Shown: positions 37,011 to 50,924 of the stretch, piece after piece | Numbering within the stretch: the stretch's first letter is position 1 | Layout: every line of letters begins with the position of its first letter | DNA from: Eledone cirrhosa | Taxonomy: Eukaryota | DNA: 64,000 nucleotides | Assembly: GCA_964016885.1 (NCBI GenBank) | Contig: OZ024755.1 | Location: 33,480,001-33,544,000, forward strand | Direction of reading: 5' to 3' | Notes under the pieces: generated by a model | The model's input: only the letters and a program-made list of their open reading frames with translations | Database searches by the model: none | Told to the model about the DNA's origin: nothing | Position numbers and translations under genes: made by a program

Positions 37011-39829
37011 GACCTGTACAATAAACATTCAATGTTTTATTCTGATTGGAGAATGAGCAGCAAAACTTGCTGATCAGAAAAGTAAGAAAAGACAAGGGCT
37101 CTAGAGTCACAGAAGAATGGAAGGGGGTGGGGGAAGGGAAGGGGGTGGCTTCAGGTCTAAGGCATGGAGGTATTGGGGCTGTACCCTGCGAACAAGGCCA
37201 CAAAAGCATTCCTGCAGACAATGGCCAGTGACACCTGCTGCAACAGCTACCCCACCTCACAGGCCTCCTTCCACAGATGGGCTGCTCACGTTCCGATCTT
37301 GTGGAGGTGCTCAGCAATTATGGGGTCCAAGCACGCCTGAGGGCTCGACAGCGACTGGTGCGAAGAGAAAGCAGCCAGAGCCAAACAATCCCCGGTATTT
37401 GTTTATCAAACACACATTTTACTTTTCAATCTAGTATAAATTATCTTGGTTTCTAATGCAACATATCTGCTTTCATTTTCATCTTATTGCTATCTCATTT
37501 ATAAATCCCAATACTCTTAGATCCGGTCTCATCATTTCCTCCCCAGGAGTTCCTTATTCCTACCTCAACTATAGAGAGCTCCTTTTGTTAACTGAAGGCA
37601 GATTTTCACCATGCATCATTTATGTAATTATATAAAATGTCCATACTAATGAAACTGCCACTTCTGTCTCTGATGTCCAGTCATCTTTGTTATCTCAATT
37701 GTATGACAATAGTTTTATAGAATCATTGGCATATAATTCACAACTGTTATTGATTTATCAGTTTTTATTTTGTTTTTCATTTTTTTCTTTTTAATATCTA
37801 ATGGTTAGTTGGCATCTGTGTGGTGTGGAGTTCCACTTTTGCATATCTTTCGGCTTTCTGCCACTTTGATGTTTCTAATATTTCTCCTATAATTTATGTC
37901 CACAATATTTATATAGCATCTCTTTGAAATCAATACTCAATTCAGATTATTTACGCCATCATAACTCATCTGTTGACAAGATGTACATATTGGATAATGT
38001 AGTCCTAGATACATTATGTCTGAACATAGATGGAGGATTGTGATGGTTGGAACACCTTTCATTATCCGTTTGCTCGATCAGTCTGACCTAGAGCTAAATA
38101 ATAATAATAATTTCTAAATTAAGCACAAAGCCAACAAGGGAAAGTGGAAAGTCAAATTTACTCCTCCCAGTATATTACCGGTACATTATTTTATTGATCC
38201 CATTTATATATATATACTTTACATAACCTTGTGATGGATTGGCATCCTCTCCAGGGGGGAGCCTCGTACTCTCAGTCACACCAGATTAACGAGCCTTAAA
38301 TGGCTTAAGACAGACTTTAGACTTTTACATTCTGAGTTAAAATCTTGCTGAGGTCAACTTTGTCTTCCATCTTTCTGGGATCAATAAAATAATTGTTTCT
38401 ACTTTAGGCACAAGGCTAGCAATTACCCAGTACATTACTGGTACTTTATTTTATCGACCCCGTAAGGATGAAAGGCAAAGTTAATCCCGCCGAGGTTAAC
38501 TTCACGTATTTATGAAGGTCCAACTTCCACACCGATCTCAAACTATGGCACGCCACCCAGGCTTTGCTCTTTCTCTCAACCACAAATATTTGCTACCATA
38601 ATATCTGCTACCCCTATATACTTCTCCATGCCATCTAATGTATCCTCTGTGTCACAACCATGTAGTAGGTATGATCTGGCCCATTCACTCCTAAATCCCC
38701 CCCCCCCCCCCCTCACTACATTTTTCATACACCCATGACATCATACTAGTGATGGAACACTTAATTTACTCCTAAGACTAAAATCACAAAAATATTATGA
38801 ATAAAAGACAACTGTAAAACATTGTTTATTGAAAAAATAAGCTATTTTATAGAATTTTAAGTTATTTTAAATGTCAAAATCAGCTGCAGGTATATTTTTT
38901 ATATTTAATTTTACATTTAATGAAATAACAAATTATTTGCATTCATATCATATATTGAAATTCAACCCGTATCATGTACTTGGGTGATGAAATAACACAC
39001 AGATGAATTGTACAGATAAACACAGATGTGACTGACTCGATAGGATGCAATTGCTCCTGTAGGTAGCACCATTCCAACCCAACTTCTGCTTGGAGCTTTT
39101 AGAATGTACCCCATTACAAGATTGCCAATAAAATATGCAATACATGAAATACTACAGATTAAATAAACTATACAGAATGAACATGTTTCACTATAACATC
39201 TACAAACTACACATAGCTCTAACCATCTGGCAATAGCATGTAGCATACCTTACAGGTTTATATGGAAGCAGTAAATCATCAAGTAAGTTTTTTTATAGCT
39301 TTAAACTGTTAAATTCAACAACTAAACAGATTATATATTTCATTATTCATGAAATTTTTATCAAACTTAGCACATTTTACTCAAGTAATCAGCAAGCCTT
39401 CCCTGTATTTTCTATGTCTGTTTGTTTCTTTTTCTTAAAATGTTGTTTATTTTTAAATTAAGTTACATACACTTTAAAAATTAATGCATTCTATCCTCTA
39501 ACTTACATATTATAGCTTGTTTTACAGAATGGAAAATGAAACTAAAACAAGTTTTAATTTAATTATCTTATAACAACAATAAATACTCACAGAAGAAAAA
39601 TAATAACAAGAATAAAAGAAATATTATTGTTGGAAATCATAAAACATACTTCAAAAAGCAAGAAAAAGTGAGAAATATATATTGTTTTTAAAGTGAATAT
39701 GTGTACAGATACATAATCTATACTACCAAACAAAGAGTTTATTTTAAATAGCTCCCTCTGAGTTTACCTGATATCTGCTGGGGCCACGGGGCAACCAGTG
39801 CGTGGGCTCACATTTGCTCATAATAGTGG

Positions 39830-40020
39830 GAGATGGGGAGAGACAGAGGCAGTGACAGTTTGGTTCCTTTGTGTTGAGACCTGGTGTATATGAGAGATGG
39901 GGAGAGTGGGAGAGTTTGGTCCTTTTGTGGTTGGACCTGGTGTATATGAGAGATGGGGAGAGTGGGAGAGATGGAGGCAGTGACATTGGAAGTTTGGTTC
40001 CTTTGTGTTTGGACCTAGTG
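39830..40020. repeat. diverged ~60-bp tandem repeat x3
   Basis: Recurring gagatggggagag...tttggttcctttgtgtt.gacct.gtg. Confidence 0.7.
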
Positions 40021-40740
40021 ATATATATATGTTTCACAGACACACGCTCAAAATATTTTCTGTAGTGCTGCCAAGAGGTGTAGTGTATTATTTAAAAAGG
40101 AGACATGCCTGAATATAGATGCCTGACCTAATTTTACTTCCAGACTCCATCTTGGAGGGTTTGTTTGATATTGCTGCCAGATGTAATGGTTCTTATCAGT
40201 AGCAAGTGACATTTTCCTGCCAATATTCCAAGCTTGTCACCAACTGTTGTAGCCAGCTTGCATGTTCATTACTCAAGACACCATTTATGAACCTGAGATG
40301 TTTTATGATCAGAAAAATTGTTCATGAATGGATTTGTTTGTGACGAGAGGCGTTCATGAATTGAGGTTCCACTGTATATTATTGATTGTGTCACCTGCTA
40401 TGATTATTAGTTCGTGGATTTGCAGTATCGGTAGAGGGTCGGACGCCATGCTTTCCAGCATAGTTACGTCCCTTTACAATCTGAGTTCAAATCCCGCCGA
40501 GGTTGACTTTGCCTTTCATCCTTACGGGGGTCGATAAAATAAAGTACCAGTAATGCACTGGGTAATTTGCTGGCCTTGTGCCTAACGTAGAAACAATTAT
40601 TAGTTCATCAACACTTGTTAGAAAAGCAATTTGCATCAGGGATTCGTAAAAGTTGTCTTTTAGTTCATCTGACAGCACTTGATTGTAGTACATATGCAAA
40701 TATAATATTTAAAGTTGTTCTATCTGAGATAATCCTGAGT

Positions 40741-41029
40741 TTAACCCTTTAGCATTTACATTACTCTATATATACTATTGTATTTTTGTAGTAAAGTCTT
40801 TATCTTACATAACATTTACATTACTCTATATATAATATTGTATTTTTGTAGTAAAGTCTTTATCTTACATAATTATCTGATATAATATTGAATCTACAAG
40901 ATTTTGATGTCATTTATTCTGAGAACAATACCTTAAGATCAGTATGAGTGACTGGTTACAACCAGTTGGAACAGAAAGAGATGAGAGAATTATGGCCGGA
41001 TATGGCCAGAATAAAAGCTAAAGGGTTAA
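40741..41029 (+). mobile_element. TTAA MITE with one 60-bp internal duplication
   Basis: TIRs with TTAA; the left internal unit is present twice. Confidence 0.8.
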
Positions 41030-41284
41030 GATAGTAGGGTGTGAAATAGACCCTCTTTCTAGCATTTAGAAAACTGCATTGAAAATCTTTTATAAAAGAG
41101 CTCCTTTATGAAGCAATGAAGGATTCTTGCGAACCTACACATGACATTTTTTACTGCACTTTGTATGTATATGTTTGTGTGTATATATGTGTGTGTGTGT
41201 GTGTGTGAAATATTGTAATTAAACTGACATTTTTCTTTCCTCCTTCCTTTTCTCTCCCATGTATGTATGTATGTATGTATGTAT

Positions 41285-41692
41285 GAGAGATGACCCCTTA
41301 GCCTTTGTCAAGGCAGAATTCTAGGAGAAGGAAAACTCTGATATAACACCTGCAACCCTGATGGTATCCAATGATGTTGACTTGTTCTTCTTTTTGGTAA
41401 ATATCATCTTGGTTAAGAGAGTGGGACTGGCTTTGTGCAGTGCTTTTGCTCACTATAAAAGCTTCACGGCACAGGCATTGCTTTATATCTGGAGATCTCT
41501 CTGCACTTGTCGTCACATGGTGCCATGGGCCCGGCACTCTGTGTCAGTAATTGTCGCAAGTGTGGTGTTTGTACCATAGTTTTCGAGTCGCTGGCTGGAC
41601 TAGAGGGTCACACTCGTTCAGCGCATCAGTGGGGGTTCTCCTACATGGATATAAAGTAGTGGCCGTACTAAAAAACGAGTTGGCAGCCACCA
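41285..41692 (+). mobile_element. 408-bp unclassified non-autonomous element (copy 1)
   Basis: Same boundaries as the inverted copy 51922-52329; terminal stem-loop followed by (TATG)n; no TIR and no tRNA head. Confidence 0.75.
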
Positions 41693-43173
41693 CATGTATG
41701 TATGTATGTATTATGTATGTATTATGTATGTATGTATGTATGTATGTATGTATGAATGTCATCATGTATGAATTTATATATGTAAATATGTTTAGGATAT
41801 GTTACAGGTTTGTGTGCCTGGCCCTAGCCTAAAAGTGTACCATTTTCTGTAATCTGACAAGCGATTGCAATACTTTTAGCAGAGTTTGCAGCCATCAAAT
41901 ATGTATGTATATTTTCCCTGTGTATCCCAGTTTTTAGAATAGTCAGACCATATCCCTGCCTGTTGTAAAAGGCAACTAAAAGATTTGGCCTTAAGAAGGG
42001 CATCTAGCTGTAAAATATTGTCCAAAAGCATCCTGTCCAACCCATGCTAGCATGGAAAAGTGGACATGAAAACACTGAAAATAATTGTTTCTACTTTTGG
42101 CACAAGGACAGCAATTACCCCAAGTGCATTACTGGTACTTTATTTTATCAAACCCGTAAGGATGAAAGGCAAAGTTAACCTCGGCGGGATTTGAAATCAA
42201 AACGTAAAGGGCCATAACTATGCTGCAAAGCGTGGTGTCTGATGCTTTACCAATATGGCCAATCCATGTTGACAAAACATTGAAATTGATGTAAATATAT
42301 GATAACAACAAAAATAAAAACTTGAGAAGGAATTGAAGACCCTAAAAGGAAAATCATGTGTGAAGTTGTGAAGTTGTGACGTTAATTCTGTCATCAATGG
42401 GATTAGTAATTTAGCTGTTTATTAACATCAGGTATTTACTTTATCAAAAGCTTACCTCTACTCAATAGCACTCACTTGAACTTTGTCTAAAAATATAATT
42501 AAAACAACATCGCACTAACTTAATCATTCTCGTAAAAATCTTTGAAAACAGTTTCAAATAAACATTGTCATATGTTTATTTATTTGTCAAAAACATCTGC
42601 CAGAAGAAGGCTACTGATACTAATGTTGATGATGATGATGATGATGATGATGTTGGCGATGATGATTATGATGTTGACGATGATGATGTTGACGATGATG
42701 ATGATGACAATGACAATGATGATGATGTATTAGCCATTATAACAGTTGTAATTCCTATCCTGGTTGTTGCTCTTGTAATAATGTTTCTGTTGTGGTTGGT
42801 ATTTTAAATGTTTTCTTTCTTTAAATTTTTATGTTTGATTCTTTAGAAAATATTGCTCACAGTTGTCAGCTAAAACTACAATATATGTCTAACTTTCAAC
42901 TCAATTGAAATTAAAAGCTCCATATAGTAATGTTAAGCATCAAAGGTAGTGTTTGTCTTCCAGAGGAAGTGTCACAGAAGACAGCCAAAGCAAATTGAAA
43001 CATATGTCATCTATCAATATTGTTATTTTCCTATATAAGTTCTTATCTTAGTGCATCAGGGTAGCTAGCTGCATATTCAGCATTTTAGAATTGCTTTTCC
43101 TACCCAAAATACTGTGTTGTTTCCTTCCTAACGTGCACATACCTTAGCTAGCAGAATAAGAAAGAAATAATAC

Positions 43174-43209
<36 letters not shown>

Positions 43210-43213
<4 letters not shown>

Positions 43214-43697
43214 GTTTACTTGTTCTGCTCATATTTTCAGTTCTGATATCTCAAATTAGTACCATAGAACAACCACTATTATAGACACCATATATATTTC
43301 CGTGGGTATTTAGTACCTACTGGAATATCTATATCATTTATCTGTATTCTCCTTAATGTTGAGAAAAAAAATGTTGTATCATGCTCCTATTTCTAGTAAC
43401 ATGAAATATCAACGAGTCTATAGTTCCCGCTTTTCTCACGGCCTATTTGTGTGTGGGTCATTTTAACGGCTTGATTCATTCACCGGGCAGAAACCGATAC
43501 ATCTACTTACTTAGATTTATATCTAGTAAGTTTGGAAAAGCTATCTGAAGAGCTATATCTTTCTATTGGAAATTCTCTGAATTTCCAATCTTTTGATAAT
43601 CGAAACCATTGGTCATGGCAATAGAAGAGGTAAATATTTAAATCGTATTTTCATTTATTTAAAAGATTGGTTAATGTTTACTTGTTCTGCTCATATA
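43210..43697 (+). mobile_element. 462-bp hammerhead-containing unit with terminal direct repeat (retrozyme-like or solo pLTR)
   Basis: taatgtttacttgttctgctcatat at 43210 and 43672; (TA)n flanks; non-coding. Confidence 0.65.
43540..43619 (+). ncRNA. type-I hammerhead ribozyme
   Basis: gctat-CTGAAGA(43545-43551)-stem II with perfect 11-bp attggaaattc/gaatttccaat-GAAA(43602-43605)-cc-att-g-GTC^-atggc. Confidence 0.7.
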
Positions 43698-43789
43698 TAT
43701 ATATGTGTGTGTAAGTATCCATATATATATGGAAAATGGACGTTAAATGGACGTTAAACAATGATGATGATGATATATATAATAAATAT

Positions 43790-45130
43790 CTCTCATAGCT
43801 GAATCGATGGCTGAACTAGAGACGAAATTCCAAACATGGAAGCATGGCCTAGAATCAAAAGGCCTTAAAGTTAACTTGTCTAAGACTAAAATTCTAGTTT
43901 GTAGAAAGGAAAATAGGCCACAGGTCCCCTTAGGGAAATGGCCATGCTCAGTGTGTAGGAAAGGAGTAGGTATAAATTCCATTTTATGTCCCAAATGTAA
44001 ACTATGGGTACATAAAAGATGTAGTGGGATCACAGGTAAGCTATATAAGAATGTAGATTTTATATGTGGCCAATGCTCAGGTGCAATAAGTAGCAACTGC
44101 CCACAGGATACTAGCTCCTTCTAGTGCCCAGATAGTTCTATAGAAATAGTGGACAGCTTCCGTTACCTGGGTGACAAAATCAGCAGTGGTAGAGGGTGCT
44201 CTGAAAGTACAGTAGCCAGAGTCAGAACGGGATGGAAAAAGTTCAGAGAGCTTATACTACTATTGGCCACTGAAGGTTTCTCTCTAAAAATGAAAGGTAG
44301 ATTGTATGATGTGTGCATACGAACAGCAATGTTACATGGCAGTGAGACATGGGCATTGTGTGCAGAGGACCTGCGCAGACTGGAGAGGAACGAAGCAAGC
44401 ATGCTCCGCTGGATGTGTAATAGTAATATACGCGAACGGCAAAGCATAAATGAACTAAGTGAGAAATTAGAAATAAGAGAGATCAGATGTTGTTTACTCG
44501 AGAGAAGACTACGTTGGTATGGTCATGTGATGCGCATGAAAGACGACAGCTGTATAAAAAAGTGCAGAGCGATCAAAATAGAAGGTAGCTACGGAGTAGG
44601 CAGACCCAGAAAAACCTGGGACGATTTGATAAATTCCGACCTCACACACTTACACCTCTCCAAGACAATGTCACTGGACCAAGATCTTTGGTGCTACACA
44701 GTAATACAGAAGACCCGCCTTGCCTAAGTACATAACGAAACCTACTACACTCAGTAGGCACCTCTTAATCAAATATACACCCCTATCCCACTACCTCAAC
44801 TCTACCCGCCCCGCCCCACTCCCACCACCCTTTCTCTGTAAAGTTATGTTGGTACCACAACATGCAGCCCGAAACAAATGAGGTTGTGTAGGTGTCACAA
44901 CAAAAAAACACACAGTCCACGCTGTAATGTGGCCATGTAGGTAACACGGTAAAAACCTCCCAGTCCACACTGTAAACGTGGTTGGTGTTAGGAAGGGTAT
45001 CCAGCCGTAGAAAACCTGCCAGACAGTCCTATACGAGCAAGACAACCACTCTTGCCTCAAGTGGGACAATTCCCGTCTAAACCCATGCTAGCGTGGAAGA
45101 TAGACATTAAGCGATGATGATGATGATGAT
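43790..45130 (+). mobile_element. 5'-truncated RTE LINE (C-terminal RT region with Cys/His PHD-like insert), 3' UTR and (GAT)n tail
   Basis: GLKVNLSKTK, WPCSVCRKGVG.NSILC..C..WVHKRCSG..C..C, FRYLGD, MLHGSETW, RRLRWYGHVMR, GRPRKTW; in-frame stop at ~44124. Confidence 0.92.
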
Positions 45131-45644
45131 ATCATCATCATTATTTAACGTTTATTTTCCAGGCTAAGATGGGTTAGATGGGTTGTCCCATTAGAGGCAA
45201 TTTGGGTAGGTGACCGTCTCTTACTCATATAAGACTGTTTCTGGCTATATATATGTGTGAGAAAGTAACATATGCATATGATAAATGTATAGGTATATAT
45301 GCACCTGTATATACACACACACACACATAAATATATATATACATATATATATACATATATATACATAAATATATATATGTTAACAGGAAAAACAAACATT
45401 ACATAACAATGACGAAAATACATTGATTGCATATGAACCAGCTTTAACCAACATATTTAGACGTTGGAGGTCTTTAGCATCTATTTCTCGAGAAAATCCT
45501 TTCAGTCACCTGGTGGGATGAAAATACATAAAAATTATTCCATTAAATCCACACTGTGCAACATCATCTGAGATTGCATGATTGTATTGTGTATGTGTGT
45601 AACTCACATCTCCTTTACGGGATCCTTTAAGGATATTTATACCA

Positions 45645-46403
45645 TAATTGATTCTACTTTTGGCACAAGGCCAGTAATTATCCCAGTACATTACTGGTAC
45701 TTTATTTTATAGACCCCGTAATAATTGTTTCTAATTTAGGCACAAGGCCAGTAATTATCCCAGTACATTACTGGTACTTTATTTTATCGACCCCGTAAAA
45801 TAAAGTACCAGTAATGCACTGGGTAATTGTTGGCCTTGTGCCTAAAATAGAAACAATTATTATTTTGAGTCTTTCAATGATTAAAAATCGCTTTATTACC
45901 GTTTAAAATGCATTGAAAGACTCAAAATAATAATTGTTTCTACTTTTGGCACAAGGCCAGCAATTAACCAGTACATTACTGGTACTTTATTTTATCGACC
46001 CCGTAAGGATGAAAGGCAAAGTTAACCTCGGCGGGATTTGAACTCAGAATGGCAAGGCCCGTAACTCTGTGCCTTAAAACACGGTGTCTGACCCTCTACC
46101 GATGCTGCCAATCCAATAATAAAACCCTATTTGATGAACCAAATAAGAAGTTAAAAAACTGTGTTAAAGAGGAGGAAGATTGACCCGTGAAGAGTTGAAG
46201 GCATTGCTTTAAATAATTGTTTCTACTTTAGGCACAAGGCCAGCAATTACCCAGTTCATTACTGGTACTTTATTTTATCGACCCCGTAAGGATGAAAGGC
46301 AAAGTCAACCTTGGCGGGATTTGAACTCAGACCGTAAAGGGACGTAACTATGCTGGAAAGCATGGCGTCTGACGCTCTACCGAGACTGCCAATCCACCGC
46401 CCT
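45645..46403. mobile_element. cluster of Deu/Nin SINE tails and full copies in both orientations
   Basis: Two tandem minus tails, one plus tail, then minus full copies at ~45930-46116 and 46214-46403 (the latter with TSD gcattgctttaaataat). Confidence 0.8.
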
Positions 46404-47042
46404 CTGCATTGCTTTAAATAATAAACACTTGACGTCTCACAGTTGGAAGTTACAGAGAAGACACACATCAACTATTATCAGGAGAAGCACAAAAGCGCAC
46501 ATGCATAGAGAGAAAACAGGTCCTCTCTCACTAAATATTTTCATGTCCCTGTCTGCAACTGAAGCTGTTATCAAGGATCAGGAAAAATTTGTCGATCGGC
46601 TTTCATCAAATTGGACCGAGGAAACAATGTTTCCGTTGGTCTTTCCAATTGCTAATACTATCTATCGGTCGCAACTCCAGGTAGAAGGAGCAGCATGAAA
46701 TAAAGTGTCTTGCTCAAGGACATAACACATCGCCCGGTCCAGGAATCAAACTCACAACCTCACAATTGCGAATCCAATTCTCTTACCACTCAGCCACATG
46801 CCTTCAGGATTGGGAAATAGACATTCAATGATCGACAAATGAAGATGATGATCATTGGCTTCAATGGGCAGCCATAAATAATTGATATCATCATCATCAC
46901 CATTTAACGTCAATTTTTCCACGCTATTGGATTAGATGGGTTGTCCCATTTGAGGAAAGTTAGGTCCGGTTACCATGTCTTGCTCATACAGAACTGTTTC
47001 TGATTCTGTTTCTATGGCTGGATGTTCTTCCCAACGCCAACC

Positions 47043-47680
47043 TCAGTGTAGACTGGGTGCTTTTTGTCATGTCACCAACACAACCACTTTACAGTGTAGA
47101 CTGGGTGCTTTTTGTCATGTCACCAACACGACCACTTTACAGTGTAGACTGGGTGCTTTTTGTCATGTCACCAACACGACCACTTTACAGTGTAGACTGG
47201 GTGCTTTTTGTCATGTCACCAACACGACCACTTTACAGTGTAGACTGGGTGCTTTTTGTCATGTCACCAACACGACCACTTTACAGTGTGGACTGGGTGC
47301 TTTTTCTCATGTCACCAACACGACCACTTTACAGTGTGGACTGGATAGTTTTAGTCATGTCACCAACACGACCTCTTTACAGTGTAGACTGGATAGTTTT
47401 AGTCATGTCACCAACACGACCACTTTACAGTGTAGACTGGGTGCTTTTTGTCATGTCACCAACACGACCACTTTACAGTGTGGACTGGATAGTTTTAGTC
47501 ATGTCACCAACACGACCACTTTACAGTGTGGACTGGGGTAGTTTTACTCATGTCACCAACACAACCACTTTACAGTGTGGACTGGGGTAGTTTTAGTCAT
47601 GTCACCAACACGACCACTTTACAGTGTGGACTGGGGGCTTTTTGTTGTGTCACCAACACGACCACTTTACAGTGGGGACT
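47043..47680. repeat. 48-bp minisatellite, ~13 copies, inside an RTE-type tail fragment
   Basis: Unit tttacagtgtagactgggtgctttttgtcatgtcaccaacacgaccac. Confidence 0.95.
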
Positions 47681-47959
47681 AGTTTGAAATTGAAACAGCA
47701 TATCTCTGCATGTCATGATGATGATGATGATGATATATAATTATTATTATTATTATTATTATTATAAAGAATTAATTATTATAATGTCATAGCATGTTCA
47801 ATTTTATATATTAGTAATGATGGAAAATACCATAAATGTTTGAACTTCTGCACAACAATTATACATTCTGTTATCTTTTATCTATTAAGGATTTATATGA
47901 ATACTATTTTATGTTAGACACACTCACGCAAACATCTATGTACACACACACATATATAT

Positions 47960-48460
47960 AATATGTATAGACACATGCATACTTTATTATGGTTACGAAG
48001 CTACAATATGTATGTTTATATAAACATATATATATATATATATGTGTGTGTGTATACACACATATATACTTTATTATGGTTACGAAGCTACAATATGTAT
48101 GTTTATGTGTGTGTGTGTGTATGTGTGTGTGTGCATGTGAGTGTGTGTGTACATACACATACATACACACATACACTCATATGTATATACACACATATAT
48201 ATATATATATACTTTATTATAGTTAAGAAGCTACAATATATATGTGTATATATATATATGTGTGTACATACACATACATACATATGTATATACGCACATA
48301 TATACTTTATTATAGTTACGAAGCTACAATATGTATGTATATATATATATATATATGTGTGTGTGTATGCACACGCATACACAATACAGATACACACATA
48401 TATCTAATATATACATATATACCTTATTATAGCTATGAAGCTACAATATGTATGTGTAAA
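47960..48460. repeat. composite repeat: tactttattatrgttacgaagctacaatatg anchor x5 with microsatellite spacers
   Basis: Seen directly. Confidence 0.85.
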
Positions 48461-48464
48461 TGAG

Positions 48465-48639
48465 TGAGTATTTGTGTGTGTGTGTATATATATCATCATC
48501 ATCATCATCATTTAAAGTCCATCTTCCACACACACACACATATATATATATATGTGTGTGTGCATGTGTCTTTGTGTGTGTATGTATATATATCATCATC
48601 ATCGTTTAAAGTCCATCTTCCACACACACACACACACAC

Positions 48640-48672
<33 letters not shown>

Positions 48673-48925
48673 TGTGTTTTGTGTGTGTATATATATCATC
48701 ATCATCATCATCGTTTAAAGTCCATCTTCCACACACACACACATATATATGTGTGTGTATGCATGTGTCTTTGTGTGTGTATGTATATATATCATCATCA
48801 TCATCGTTTAAAGTCCATCTTCCACACACACACACACACACACATATATATGTGTGCGTGCATGTGTCTTTGTGTGTATGTATATATATCATCATCATCA
48901 TCGTCATCGTTTAAAGTCCATCTTC

Positions 48926-48956
<31 letters not shown>

Positions 48957-49212
48957 GTGTGTGTGTGTGCATGTGTCTGTGTGTGTATATATATCATCAT
49001 CATCGTTTAAAGTCCATCTTTCACACACACACACACACATATGTGTGTGTGTGTGTGTGTCTTTGTGTGTGTATGTATATATATCATCATCATCATCGTT
49101 TAAAGTCCATCTTCCACACACACATGTGTGTGTGTGTGTGTATGTGCGTGTCTTTGTGTGTGTATGTATATATATATCATCATCATCATCATCATTTAAA
49201 GTCCATCATCCG

Positions 49213-49243
<31 letters not shown>

Positions 49244-49335
49244 GTGTGTGTGTGTGTGCGTGCGCGTGTGTCTTTGTGTGTGTATATATATCATCATCAT
49301 CGTTTAAAGTCCATCTTCCACACACACACACACAT

Positions 49336-49400
<65 letters not shown>

Positions 49401-49420
49401 CACGTGTGTCTCTGTGTGTG
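48465..49420. repeat. composite ~100-bp repeat: (CAT)n-gtttaaagtccatcttcc-(CA)n(TA)n(TG)n, ~9 copies
   Basis: The anchor is the reverse complement of the RTE-type 3' terminus. Confidence 0.9.
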
Positions 49421-49799
49421 TATGCAAACACATACATACACATTCCATAAATTCACACACATAAACCCTGTATGTCGTCGTGAAGTAATGATCTCTGGAG
49501 TACGAGATGAATGAATGCATCTCCGTCGAAATATAACAGTTAAAAGGTTACACGACAACCACTTTCAGTGATTATACATCCTACTCATGTGGCATTTCTT
49601 TGCATCTGGCATCAGATTATTTATCATCTTAAACAGGATAGTATTTCAATTTCGAGAAGGTCCTGTAGAAAATGTCATCTAGATTGACGCTGTCATCAAA
49701 GCATTTTTATGGCCAAATTAAACAACTATTTAAAGCCGGGAATTGTTGATTGGTCAAGAGAGGGTAAGGTTCAGACATCTACAGATATATAAGTGTAAA

Positions 49800-49837
49800 T
49801 GATCCCCTAGAAATATAAACATTTACATACACATACT

Positions 49838-49873
<36 letters not shown>

Positions 49874-49904
49874 CTAGAAATATAAACATTTACATACACA
49901 TGCT

Positions 49905-49992
<88 letters not shown>

Positions 49993-50018
49993 AATATTTA
50001 TTTATGTATCTGTGTGTA

Positions 50019-50074
<56 letters not shown>

Positions 50075-50141
50075 TTCACATAAATAAATATGTATGTATA
50101 TATATATCCCCTAGAAATATAAACATTTACATACACATGCT

Positions 50142-50195
<54 letters not shown>

Positions 50196-50217
50196 TTTAT
50201 TTATGTATCTGTGTGTA

Positions 50218-50273
<56 letters not shown>

Positions 50274-50297
50274 TACACACATACATAAATAAATATG

Positions 50298-50363
<66 letters not shown>

Positions 50364-50593
50364 CTAGAAATATAAACATTTACATACACATGCTTACATA
50401 TATATATATATACATACATATTTATTTATGTATCTGTGTGTATGTGTGTGTGTATATATATATATATATATGTAAGCATGTGTATGTAAATGTTTATATT
50501 TCTAGGGGATATATATATATATATATATGTGTATGTATGTGTATGTATATATATATATATATATATAAATGTATGTATGTGTGTGTATGTATG

Positions 50594-50628
<35 letters not shown>

Positions 50629-50653
50629 GTATGTATGTATGTATGTATGTATG

Positions 50654-50691
<38 letters not shown>

Positions 50692-50721
50692 TGTTCTTGT
50701 ATGTATGTATGTATATATATA

Positions 50722-50791
<70 letters not shown>

Positions 50792-50810
50792 AATATGTAT
50801 ATATATGTAT
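49800..50810. repeat. composite (TA)n-linked repeat with one inverted unit
   Basis: cccctagaaatataaacatttacatacacat four times forward and once reversed (~50471-50510). Confidence 0.9.
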
Positions 50811-50924
50811 ACTGAGGAGATGACAAAGGACAGTGACAAATGGAGAGATGCTGTGCTTTATAGGACCTGTCCGACCCTTGCAAGCAGGGAAAAGCGGACG
50901 TAAAATGATAATGATGTATGTATG

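Noticed and set aside
41298-41579. ORFs conserved between the two 408-bp copies
   Set aside because: Conservation reflects recent repeat identity; no domain is recognisable.
46429-46698. 89-aa ORF (also 38962-39246, 10742-11002, 58164-58352)
   Set aside because: No recognisable homology or convincing splice context.
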